Assembly (NCBI RefSeq): GCF_036321535.1
Contig: NC_087459.1
Location: 22,196,001 to 22,260,000, forward strand
Direction: 5' to 3'
Source: Camelus dromedarius
Lineage: Eukaryota
DNA: 64,000 nucleotides
A program made the translations under genes and the position numbers. The notes under the pieces were generated by a model that saw nothing but the letters and a program-made list of their open reading frames with translations, searched no databases and was not told the origin of the DNA. Within the stretch, counting starts at the first letter, position 1. Each line of letters starts with the position of its first letter. Positions 13,040 through 24,612 of the stretch are shown piece by piece.

Positions 13040-13540
13040 CAGGGCCTCTCGACACTAACCCTGAGAAAACTGCACTTAATTACGCGGCCCCGCAGCCCGT
13101 CGAACTCCGGCCGCAGCGCCATCCCAGCTCCTGAAGTAACGTCCTTGGGTTGACTTCCTAAACGAGGACGCTTGGGAACAGTGCGGCGCGCGCGGGAGGT
13201 GTGGTCGCCGGCGTGATGCGTGCTTGGCGCATGCGCAGCAGAGCCGCACCGTGGGGCGTACCCTCCTTGTGATGCTCCCGGGTCTCGCGTTCTCTGCATG
13301 GGTTCCGCGTTGCCGCCGTTGACTCTGCTGTCGCTTCTCTCCGGCCCGTGGCTCGAGCTAGGTCAGTGTGCTGCCCTTCCCGACTTCCCCTGGCGTCGTT
13401 TGTCCCAGGAGGCGTCAGGAAAGTGGTAGGGCGTTCCGCCCTGGTGGAGCGAGACCATGGCCCCTCCGCTCGCTTCCTCCAAGAGTCTGGAGCGGCCGAG
13501 GGGCCTTTTCCCAGAGGCGGCCAACTTGGCCAGGTCGTTA
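13040..13540. promoter_or_regulatory. CpG island / SUMF2 promoter
   Basis: CpG-rich; perfect NRF1-type palindrome GCGCATGCGC at 13227-13236, just upstream of the ATG at 13298. Confidence 0.75.
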
Positions 13541-16500
13541 ACAGCTCAGATCGTATCTCACTTCTTTTTTTACTTTTAACTAATTACTTTGGAATAGTTT
13601 GAACATAAAAAAGTAAAAGAGGAGAATATAACGAGCGTCTCCCCCCACGTACCCCTTGCCCAACTTTAACGGTTGCCAGTTTATGGCTTTAATCTTAATT
13701 CTTTGGGATCCATCCCACTTTCCCCTTCCCCAGGGAAATAAATTTTGAAGTGAATCGGCATTCAATTTTACTTATAAATATTCATCTTGAATAGCCAAAA
13801 AGACAAGTCATACACACAAAAACACCATATCACTTTCCCACCTAAAAAATTAACTGCTTCTTGATATCATTAAGCATCCAGTTAGTATTCAAATTCACCT
13901 ACATCCAGTTAGTATTCAAATTATACTTTACTTGCTGGATTAGTGTCAAAATAAAGTTCATATACAAACAGTTGTATATTGTTTCTTAACTCCCTTTTAA
14001 CATGAGAATTCTGTGCTTGCTCTTTTTTTTTTTTTTTCTTTCTTTTTTTTCACCCCTTGAAGTGGATGAAAACATCAGTATGAGTGTGTCAGGATGAGAA
14101 CAAGAAGGCCAAAGATAGGACCCTGAGGAACATGAAAAGATGTGGGCTCTGCCTTTAGGGAATTTATGGTACTTAGACGTCCTTAGGTAGAAACATACCA
14201 GAAAGTAGTACATCAAGCCTGAGAAGTGTGGCTCTTGGAAATAGCACTGACCTGGAAGTTAAGAGACTTGGGTCTAGTCCTGTCCCCTGTTAACTAGCTC
14301 TTTAAGTCAGTTTCCGTTTTGGATCTTGGGTTCCTTGTGTCAAATGTGAGGGTTGAATTAAGGATGCTTTTAATTCTGTGATTTTCAGAAGTATTCAAAT
14401 AGCAAGTATGAAGGATTTCATTCAGTTATTTGGTGGTAATTATTGTACACTTGTGCTAGGTGCCAGGGATACACTGGCAAAATAGATGTCATCTTTTTCT
14501 CTCTGGAGCATATGATGTAATGGTGAAAATCAATAAGAACTGGTTAGAGTTCAGCAAGTAGAGAGGAAAGGGCAGGGAAATAGCATGAGCAGAAGTATGA
14601 AAGAAAGAAAGACAGATGATAGATGTATTTCAGAGTATAGTGTCTAGATTTGTCTTGTTGTGACAAAGCTTTGTGTAGAAGAATAGAGAGGTAAGGAAAG
14701 AAAAGCATTTGTTGAAAACCTACCATGTGCTAAACATTACATACATGTTATTTTAATACAGCCATGACCATGAGATAGTTAGATGTTATCCCCGTTTTAC
14801 AGATGAAGAAATTGAAATCCAGACTAATTTGCCCAAGATCACCCAGCAAATTAAGTGGCAGAACAAGAATTTAAAGCCAAATTTTTAAAGCCTCTGTTTG
14901 TTTTTCATTATACCATTATGAGTCTTACATATGATCCAAATACTGCCACTAGTTTTATGTACATTCATGTAGTACTGACAACTCTCTTTTTCCTCTGCAG
15001 GGAATGGGCAGACAGCTAGCATGGTCCAGCTCCCAGGTGGGAGATTCCAGATGGGAACAAATTCACCAGATGGCAGAGATGGTGAAGGACCTGTCCGGGA
15101 AGTGGCAGTAAAACCTTTTGCCATTGATGTGTTTCCTGTCACCAACAAAGATTTCAGGTACATCAAATGTTCTTCCAGGAAGAGTAAAGGCTATTCTAAT
15201 CTTCATAATAGGAATTAGCTTGTTCAGTATCACATATCATCATTGCAGTGGTGTTATTCACATTTTTAAGATGAAGAATCTGAATTCCTCACTCTCTGCT
15301 AGTGGCAGATCTCCTGACTCTTGAACCAGTGTGTTGCCCACACTAGGCATAGCACTGAGAAATGTGGGCAGAAGTCAAAAATACTCAACAGAAGCCTCTT
15401 CAGCAGGGAAGAAGGAACTGGGAAAAGGATCCTACTAGCTGAGAGTCTCTTAAATACCCCTTATATTTACTTAGGGAAATGGCATTGTTTTAGGAGTCAA
15501 GCATTTTGTTTCCAGTTCAATCTAAGAAGCCATCCTGAGCTGCCTCAGTTTCCCCAGGGTGATATGCTTTGGGTCGGCTAAAGTAGAAAGTGATCCAGAG
15601 CATATCTGTAACTCACCTTCAGATGGTAGTGGGGTTGTATATAGAGAGGAGGGGAGAAGGAAGAGGAGTGGATGGGAAGACAATAAAGCAAATGTGGGAA
15701 ATGACTTAACTATTACATTCGTGTACTTAAAACTTTTCAAGATGAAAGGTTGTGAGGGGAAAACTGATTCAGGAGACACAGGCAGAAATAAGCATAATGA
15801 TTGTCAGTATACTCCTCAGGTCCTTTGACTCATTTGACTCCACCTCTAGGGACTTGTCTTAAAGAATTAATGGGGGGAGGATATAGCTCAGCTGTAGAGT
15901 ACATGCTTAGCATGCATGAGGTCCTGGATTTGATCCCCAGTACCTCCATTTAAAAAAAAAAAAAAGATTAAAAAAAAAAGAAAGAAGTAAGGTTGTCCAA
16001 AAACATTTAGCTAAAAAGATGACATTGTAAGCAAATATTAAAAATGTAAGGATTACTTAAACATACTGTATCAATATAACAATATTTAGCAGCCCTTAAA
16101 AACTCCATTGTCAAAAAGAGATAGGAAGTGTTACATGAAGAAAGTAGGTTATAAGATACTAAATAAGGTACCATCTCATTTTTTTAAACTATGTGTATAG
16201 AACGTATATGCATTTAAAGAGAACTGGAAGATGCAACATTGCATTTGTTGATGAATTTCGCTCATGTTTTTGTGACTTCCAAATGAAAATGATTACAGGA
16301 AGCACCATAGTAAAGCTATTTAAAAATCCTTGGTTTGGGAGAGGGAGAATATGGACAGCTGTATCTTAGTATGATACTGGATGATGATTTTAATTTTATT
16401 CTTTTTACCTACTTCTATTTTCTCAGTTTTCTACAATACAGGGTGCATTGCTTATATAGTCTTTAAAAATATTTTTAAACAGGAGAGTTATTAAAATTGA

Positions 16501-19500
16501 AGGAGAAATCACTTCTGATCAAGCTTGTACCATATCATGGTAACCAGAAATAGGTAGATGGATTCTTTTATATTTCAAATTATGACCTGTTACATTATAG
16601 AAATATGTCACCTCTAGTAAGCCCCATAAACTTTGCTTAGAACTCACAATCTGTCTTTGGCTCTCTAGTAAGGGTATGAGACTGTTCAGATGATCTGAAG
16701 TTGGTAAATAGCTATTGCTACCAAATCTGATCTCCTCCTCCATTCTCAATGCCCCTTTGATGGTGGAACAATGTCTTCTCATGTCAGAGGGCTGGCACAG
16801 AGAGGGTACTCTTAGCCCAATGAAAACATCTGCCTTACCCTAGAAATCTGCTTGCTGAAATTTTCTAAGCCATACCAAACTATATGAAAATCCATTCTAA
16901 AATCTTAGCAAGCCATTTTTATTTGACTCAGTTTCCTTCATCTGTTAGAGATAGTAATGCTTGTTCTGCCTCCCTCCCATGATTGTTGTGAGATTAGGTA
17001 TGTGATGAAGACCTTTCAGAAGAGAAATCATTCCCTACCCTTAAATCTTCTCACCAGCTTTATTCATTATCTCCAAAAATTGGAGATAATCCAGATGACC
17101 TGCAGCTGGTGAATAGATAAACAAAATATGGTCTATCCATATAATGAACCCAGCAATAACAAGGGACAGACTGTCAATACTGGCAGCAGCATGGATGGAT
17201 CTCGGAAGCATGCTAAGTGAAAGAAACCAAACCCCAAAATCGAATGATTCAATTTGTGCGAATTTTTATTCTGGGAAAGACAAAGCTATAGAGACAAAAA
17301 AAACAAAAAAACAAAAAACAACCAGATCATTGGTTGCAGAGGCATAGGGAAATTTTGGGAGATGGCTGATGGAACTCCTCTGTATCTTGATTGTGATCGT
17401 GACTACGTCAAAACTCACAAAACTATACACCAAAAAGAGTGAATTCTGCTGTTTGTGAATTGCATACACAGCAACAGATTTTAAAAGGAAATCTCCTGCT
17501 CAGGCTTTCAGGTTAATTCCTTGTAATTCAGAAAAATTCTGTAATGTGTGACTAATAGGATAAGCATATATGAGGTTTTCTGGAGCAGGAGAGGGAGAGG
17601 GTAGAGCACAGAGCCATATCAGCTGAACCATGTGAAATGTCTCTTTCCCAGGGAGTTTGTCAGGGAGAAAAAGTACCGGACGGAGGCTGAGATGTTTGGG
17701 TGGAGCTTTGTCTTTGAGGACCTTGTCTCCGATGAGCTTAGAAACAAAGCAATCCACCAAATGCAGGTGAGAGAACCTGGGTTTGCAGCTGAGAGCATGA
17801 GAGTGGGATCTGGACAGAGAATCTCGTGGGATATGGGGTCAGCTGGGCCACAGTAGAGAATCAAACCTGAGATCTGGAGGCTGGGAGGAAGCAAGAGAGG
17901 ACCACCCCCCAAAAAAAAGTCAGATGAACACACACTCCCAGGAAGTTAACCCTGTGCTGGTTTCTGCAAAGAGAGACACTGTAAAGATCTAGGTAACATG
18001 CTTGATTCAGGATATGTGCTGCTCCCAGAACCAGCAACAACCAAACATCTTGACAAGCCTCCCTCTAATACGGGTGGTAAGATGTCACAACTTAAAGATT
18101 CCAGATACAGCCTCACTTGGACCACCTTAGTCTCACCCTGAAGTCTCCGCTCTGCGGCCCATGTGTCAGTCAGGAAGTCTCCCTTGCTGGGTCAGAACAT
18201 CTTGTAGTCATGTTCCTTTCTTTTTTTTTTTTTAAATTGTATTATTTAATTATTTTATTTTGGTGGAGGGGTTGGAGGGGAGGTAATTAGGTTTATTTAT
18301 TTTTAGAGGAACTACTGGGGATTAAACCCATGACCTCGTGCACACTAAGCATGCACCCTACAACGTGAGCTGTACCCTCCCCCAACCTTTTTTTTAATTG
18401 CATGCTCCTTTTTTTTATAGTCTGTTCTCTGGTGGCTTCCAGTGGAAAGGGCGTTCTGGAGGCAGGTAGGGTTTCTCTATCTTGTTTTCTACCCCTGTTG
18501 ACTCTTATTCTGGAGGCCTGGCTTCTCTAGACCTCTTGCCCTCTTAGGAATACAGAGTTTAAAAGGATGACAGAGAGATTTCAGGGAAGCGGCCAAGCAA
18601 CTCTGTTTTCTCTGCAGTAGTCCTTTTAGCCCTTGCCCATCCCATTTCTCCCTTTAATCTCATGTTTAGTCTCTTTCTGACTGTGGACCTCTGCTCACTC
18701 ACCAGGCTCTTTCTTCCCACGTCCTTGCTCCATCTAGTGGTAAAAGCTGAGCTCAGGTGCCCTAAGCCTAGCCTTCCTCAGGGAACTTCTGTGGGTTCCC
18801 TGAAGCTTGTCTCACTTCATCCTGGCTATCAGCCTGCAGGTCCTGGCTCTGGCATCCGAGAGAGACTGGAGCTCCCAGTGGTACACGTGAGCTGGAATGA
18901 TGCGCGTGCCTACTGTGCTTGGCGGGGGAAACGGCTGCCCACTGAGGAGGAGTGGGAGTTCGCTGCCCGAGGGGGCTTGAAGGGTATAGAGATGCCAAGG
19001 CGATTTCCCTTTATTCTTTCTCCCCGTCCTGCTTTTGCATGGGGGTGGGAAGGGCCCGTGCTCCCTAGAGCAGTGCTTCTTACACTGTGTAAGAGTGTTT
19101 CTTTTTTTTTTAATTGAAGTATAGTTGACTTACAATAAATCAGTGTTAACTTTTTTTGGTTTAATGGATGTACTGGGGATTGAACCGAGGACCTTGTGCA
19201 TGCTAAGCATGAGCTCTACCACTGAGCTTGTGGTTGTTATCTCTAATCCATCTTAGACCAGAACTTCCATAAAGTAAAAATTAATAACTGGAAAATGGAA
19301 ACGAAGGGACATAGTTTTTTTAATTGCTGGAGATTCCACAGACATGTTGTGCTTCAATAAATATAATCAGAAGAACACAGCATAGGGAAAAAGAAAAGAA
19401 TTACTTATACTGTATACCTTTTCCATAGCTGTACAGGGATTAATATAATAAATTGCTGTTTGCTTGTAACTGTTATGTTGCAATCCTAACTAAACAGAAA

Positions 19501-22500
19501 GTTAGAATGAAATAGCAATTCCCCATATTCATCACCTCTGCACACTCACTGAACGAACACGGGCTGTACGTAGTCAGAGTTATTAATGTGATAAACGAGG
19601 TTGCTTGTTCATTTATCCAACCTAAGTCACATTAACAAGTTTCTCAGTGCTTACTCTCAGTTTCTGTACTTACCTCAGCATAAGCTGGGAACGAATAGTT
19701 TACAGAGTGGCATTGGTCAGAGCCACACCTAGAACTGTAGTGTCCTGGAGCAAATCAGGCCAGGGGCTCCGAATGCAATAGCAGTGGGAGGGAGGGGCGT
19801 GGCAAATAAAAGTGAGTAATTTACTCTTCACATCACATCCTAACTTCCTTTCGGTTCCCTCACTCTTTCTGTCTTTCCCTTCTTCCCCACCCCCTCTCCC
19901 CTCCCTCCTCTGCTCTTCCCTTGCTCTCTTGGCAGGTCAGGTTTACCCCTGGGGTAACCAGTTCCAGCCAAACCGCACCAACCTGTGGCAGGTAAGACAC
20001 ACGTCCCTCGCTCCTGTTGTCTCTAAGAGCATTGATTGAGACCTTCTGTAGCCTAGACATTGTGTTTGACAGTGGGATTCAGGAGGCTTCATGTTCCAGT
20101 GGAATGGAAAACTGGCACGGGGTAAAGCAGAGACGGTACTGTGGTGCTTCATAGTGAAGACACGCGGCCGTGCTTGGGAGTGCATCACTGCCAGGAGAGC
20201 AGGGAGGGACGTCACAGACAAGATGCCACTTGAGCTGATTAAGCCAGAGCTTGCCACGTGAAAAGTGGAGGAGCGGGTATTCCACGGAGGAAACAACATG
20301 AGTGTGGGCGCCGGGTTTGGAAAGGGTGCTGTGTGTTTGGTGGCATGACAGATTCAGAGATGCTAGCACACAGGGAAACGGGAGGTGCAGGAGATAAAGT
20401 AGGTGGTGGGTTGGAGGCAAATTATGAAGGAACAGGGGTGCCGTGATGTGGTTTTAGGTTTTATCTTCCAGGCAGTGGGGAACTGACAGAGGTTTTTAAA
20501 CAGGGGAGTTAGGACATCCTTTTGATTGGGGGCGGGGTGCTGGTTGTGGCAGATTTGCGCCGGACCAGGTGAGCAGAGCTGCAGTGGTGGCAGGAGGTCT
20601 CTGAACTTGAGGCTGTGCCCAGGGGACTGGGAACACTTGAATGAAGTGGAAGTGGAAATGAAGAGGAAACCAAGTGGGAGGGGCCTGCCTGAGAAGAGAG
20701 ACGGGGTGTGATACTTAGCCAAATGGGGAGGGGAAGACAGTTGGGTTCAAGCATGGATCTAGGCTTAGGCAATAGCGTGATGTTGCAACCATTATCCGGA
20801 ATAGATAACATGCATGTTGGGGGAACCGGTCAGTTTAGGATCCACCTAGCTTAAGATGCCTTTGGGTCATTTATGTGCTCAGAAGTTGAAAACATGATTC
20901 TGGAGCTTAGGACAGAGGTCTGGGTCAGAGCAAGTGGCTTGGGAGTCAACAGCATTACCTTAGGCAAGAAGGCTGTCCCTGGGAGGCTCTGCAGTGTGAG
21001 GGGAGCACAGCACCTGGGCTCTAGGACGAAGCCTTGGAAGGGTCCTGAGCGGTAGACTGACCTTTTAGATGCTCTTGGGACCAGAGCTTTTCGAAAAGCC
21101 AGATCTGACTTATTCACTGTGTGATCTTTGATAAAGGAACTGTTTTGAGCCTCCCTTGCTAGCTTATTAAAGGGAGAAAATACTTGCCTCACAACCTCGT
21201 AAGGATTAAAAGAGATCGGCGTGGCAGCCCTAGCGCGTAGTAGGTGACGAGTAAGTTACCGCCCCTTCATCTTCCCTTCTGTAAGAGCGGAGGCAGCTGA
21301 ACTCCAATCTTAATGAAAACAGAATGAACTGAACAAATCGCATGGGCAAATACAGGTTCCTTTCTCCAGAATGTTGGTGATAATGAGCAGGGGGTGAGGG
21401 AGGTGGACTCAGGAGGTGGAGGGGGGAGAGTGAAGCCTGCTGGTGGTAGAAGGAACAGAGATGCACAAGCAAGCACAGGATGGGCAGCAGTGGTCCCTGA
21501 GAAGGCAGGCCGGGGCCAGGACACAGAGGGGAAGCGGAGCCTTTCTTCCCAGGGCACGTGGGGTTGGAGGCAGATGGGAGAAAGTCTCCAGAGTGGAGAA
21601 GGTGGGGCTTGTGTGGACACAGGGGAAGCCACTCACTTCCTAGTCCAGCCAGGACTAGGTGGAGGACGTGAGGCAGCCGGTTTGCAAACTCAAGATGGGA
21701 ACCTCAGTCCCTGCCCTGTGCCCTCCCCTACCCCAGGTGATACAGCAAGATGGCCTTGGTTTTCCTCTGGGCAGGTAGGAAGACCTGCCTTGGGACGGGA
21801 TGGCAAATCTTTCAGCCTAAATTCCTCCCCCCTCAGGGAACATTCCCCAAGGGCGACAAGGCTGAGGATGGCTTCCATGGAGTCTCCCCGGTGAATGCTT
21901 TCCCCCCACAGAACGACTATGGTAAGACTGCTCATCGGGTGGCTGTCACCATTTACATTGGTTGGCGGGGTTGTTCTGCCTGATGGGTGAGGTGAGGCAG
22001 AGAGGCACCACAGGGGGGCCTTCCCTCCGCAGGGCCATGGATGGCCAGGCGGGGCGGGTGTGGTGCTTCCCCCACCCGGGACTGGCCCGCTGCTGTGCTG
22101 CAGGGCTCTACGACCTCGTGGGCAACGTGTGGGAGTGGACGGCCTCCCCATACCGGGCCGCCGGCCAGGACATGCGTGTCCTCCGCGGGGCGTCCTGGAT
22201 CGACACAGCCGATGGCTCCGCCAATCACCGGGCCCGCGTCACCACCAGGTGAGGGTCTTGGCAGCTGGGGGCCCAGGGTCCAGGTCCTGGTCTCCCAGAG
22301 CACAGGGGGCGCCACCCCCGCACCTCTCCCTCTACCGGGAGTTGTGGGTACTGCAGAGAAAGCAAAGAGCCCAAGACAGCTGGCGCCTTCTCCTGCCAGC
22401 TCGGCACCACGAGAGACTTTGTGTCCAGCATCTTAAATCATCTGGGCTTCTCCTCTTGACCTCGTAACCAGGCATGCAGGGGTAGGGAAGTGGAAGGGGC

Positions 22501-23478
22501 ACATTAGTAGGTCATCGCCAGGGGTCATGGAAATACTGATGCTTCCAGCGCATGGACACATGAAAAATCATTTTCTACAATCGTTTTGTTTCACAGTCAA
22601 GCAAAAATAGGCTCAGGGAGGTCCTGAGACCTGCTTATTTCAATGCAGGTGGTTAGTGGTGGCACCTGAATGGTAGGTCCCTGGCTCCCGAGTCCGTTTC
22701 TAGAACTTTCTACTTCGTTTATCTGTAGATTTATTTTGGTTACTCTTCCTGCAACTCCTCCTACTCCTGGGTTCTGTAAGGACTGTAAAGGCCACCATTC
22801 CTGCGGCCTCAGGATGTCAGGTTTGCAGGCGTTTCTCTGACACGTTGAGGCCTCTGGATTTTCCCTACCTTTTTCTTTAGAACAAAGTAGTGGGGAAAGT
22901 ACTGGCCTGGGAATCAGGAAACTGGGTTTGCCTTGGGCAAAACATTTAAATCTTTCTGGTCTCTGATTCTGTGTCTGTGAAATGGTGAACAAATCCTGCC
23001 TTCCAGAGCAGTAAGGAAAATGGCAAATGAAGGAAGAGACATGAACGTTCTTTGAAAAGTGTGAAGTACTGATTGGTGCTGCGATATTCTCACCTCTTGC
23101 CGACAGTTTTTTTGGGCTGAGTTATTCTAAACTACTGACAGTCGAAGTTCTTAGTCGCTGCCTTTCCTGCCTTCCAGCATGGTCTCTTAGGACCCTCCTC
23201 ACTTCCTCCACCCTGTCCCAAGGCCCTGTCTTACCTCTTTCCCCCAGGAATTGCTCACACTTGGGACCTGCCCTCCCCAGGCCTCAGGCACCCCAGACCA
23301 GCAGGCCCTGGGAGGTTGAGCAGGAAGGTTGGGTACAGCCCCAGGCCCCTTTCTCAACAAGCGTTCCTCCTCTCTCCTCTTCCCTGGTCGCAGGATGGGC
23401 AACACCCCAGATTCAGCCTCAGACAACCTCGGCTTCCGCTGTGCTTCCAGTGCAGGCCGACTGCCTGGGGAGCTGTGA
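13298..23478 (+). CDS. SUMF2: Inactive C-alpha-formylglycine-generating enzyme 2 (SUMF2/pFGE), 9 coding exons, 300 aa
   Basis: Exons 13298-13361, 15001-15157, 17652-17766, 18421-18465, 18833-18983, 19936-19991, 21837-21921, 22104-22248, 23394-23478; total 903 nt. Signal-peptide-like [22 protein letters not shown]; FGE-fold motifs [15 protein letters not shown] and [12 protein letters not shown]; [19 protein letters not shown] lacks the SUMF1 catalytic cysteines; ends in the PGEL ER-retention signal. Confidence 0.96.
14705..14885 (-). mobile_element. MIR SINE
   Basis: ccccgttttacagatgaagaaattgaa..tttgcccaagatcacccagc..taagtggcaga, the MIR core in reverse. Confidence 0.75.
15872..15980 (+). 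mobile_element. tRNA-Ala-derived SINE (vic-1-like)
   Basis: ggggggaggatatagctcagctgtagagtacatgcttagcatgcatgaggtcctgg..cccagtacctcca plus A tail; TSD-like aaagaattaa / aaagaagtaa. Confidence 0.9.
17056..17465 (+). mobile_element. L1 (L1MB/MC-like) 3' fragment
   Basis: gtgaatagataaacaaaatatggtctatccat..gcagcatggatggatctcggaagcatgctaagtgaaagaaacc. Confidence 0.75.
18217..18383 (-). mobile_element. tRNA-Ala-derived SINE (long-tail variant)
   Basis: aggtaattaggtttatttatttttagagg..tactggggattaaacccatgacctcgtgcacactaagcatgcac..gagctgtaccctcccc. Confidence 0.9.
19151..19228 (-). mobile_element. tRNA-Ala-derived SINE, truncated, next to a 35-bp cetartiodactyl-type L1 3' tip
   Basis: tactggggattgaaccgaggaccttgtgcatgctaagcatgagctctaccactgagct; the adjacent ttttttaattgaagtatagttgacttacaat (about 19101-19135) is an L1 terminus. 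Confidence 0.8.
20080..21060 (-). mobile_element. L2 LINE fragments in SUMF2 intron 6
   Basis: Purine-rich reverse L2 motifs such as cagtggggaactgacagaggtttttaaacagggg and agttgaaaacatgattctggagcttaggacagaggtctggg; boundaries approximate. Confidence 0.6.
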
Positions 23479-24612
23479 GCAGCCGTGCAGACGAGAGAGT
23501 TCCCCCGTGGTCCCCCTGTCACTCCCTGGCCACACTGCGAACACAGCCAGACTCCAAGCTCTTTGACTTCAGCCTCAGGGACGACCTCCTTCCCTGTCCC
23601 CATCCTCTACGCCAGGCCCCTCCGCCAGGGCAGGAGAGAACTCTGACCTCTGCAGAGGGGTGCTGCTGTCTCTTGGAGAAGGGGCGTAACTTGTGATTGT
23701 GGCTAGGAGCGCGATGTTTCTCTTGGAGGTCAAATATTAACCTCATAGGGACCAAATACTCAAGCAGTTAGGGTAGAGGACTCTGAAAGGCAGTTTGTTA
23801 AACATTTTTAAGTCTGTTCCCTTCCCCTTTCTCGGGGTCTGACCCAGGGATCTGACACTGTTTTCTCATGGCAGAATCTCCCCAGGTCTCCTTGCTTTCC
23901 CAGCGAGCTGCTGTAGAAGGAAGATGATTTCCTTCATTTGCCTCATTTGTGGGGTTTCCAACCTCCAAGGGAACCTAATTTCCACTGCCTGAATGTAAAA
24001 TGCAGTCACCTGGGCTCTTAGAAGCACAATGTCAGTCTTAGAGGGGTCTAGGGGAAGGAATGATTTACCAGACGAAACGGCACCACAGGAGTCATGCAGT
24101 AAATAATACTCCAGAAAGACGAGTAGCAGAAGCTTCCCCTTCTATTGTCGTTATGTCAGGGCTGCCATACACCTCTGAAAGCATGTCCCCAGAGAAGAAC
24201 CTGCTCCCGTGGTGTCCCTGGACGTTGTGAGGTCAGTAAAGTCTCCTGTGATTTGTACCTCAGACTGTTCTCTGTCTTTCGTCCTCACTCTGGGACCCTA
24301 AGGGAAGTGCATCCAAGTGTCGCAAGGAGAAGCTGAGATGGCGATGCGACTGGGATGTGGAGAGGCAGGCGGGCTCCTGGTTCTGGACCACATTTGGTCC
24401 CCCACTTCCCCACTCCGTGGGGCTGGCTCCAACTGCACTTACCACTGTGTGATGCCCCTGAGAGGGGACAGTGGCCCCGGTTCCAGGGGTGCTGGCCAGG
24501 GCCCAGTGCCTGCTCTGGACGGAGGCCTGCCCACACTCACTCCTTTGACTTACGTTTCTGTGGCTCCCTTCCCCACCTGACCCCCGCCCCACCTCCCCTG
24601 CCTGCCAGCCCC

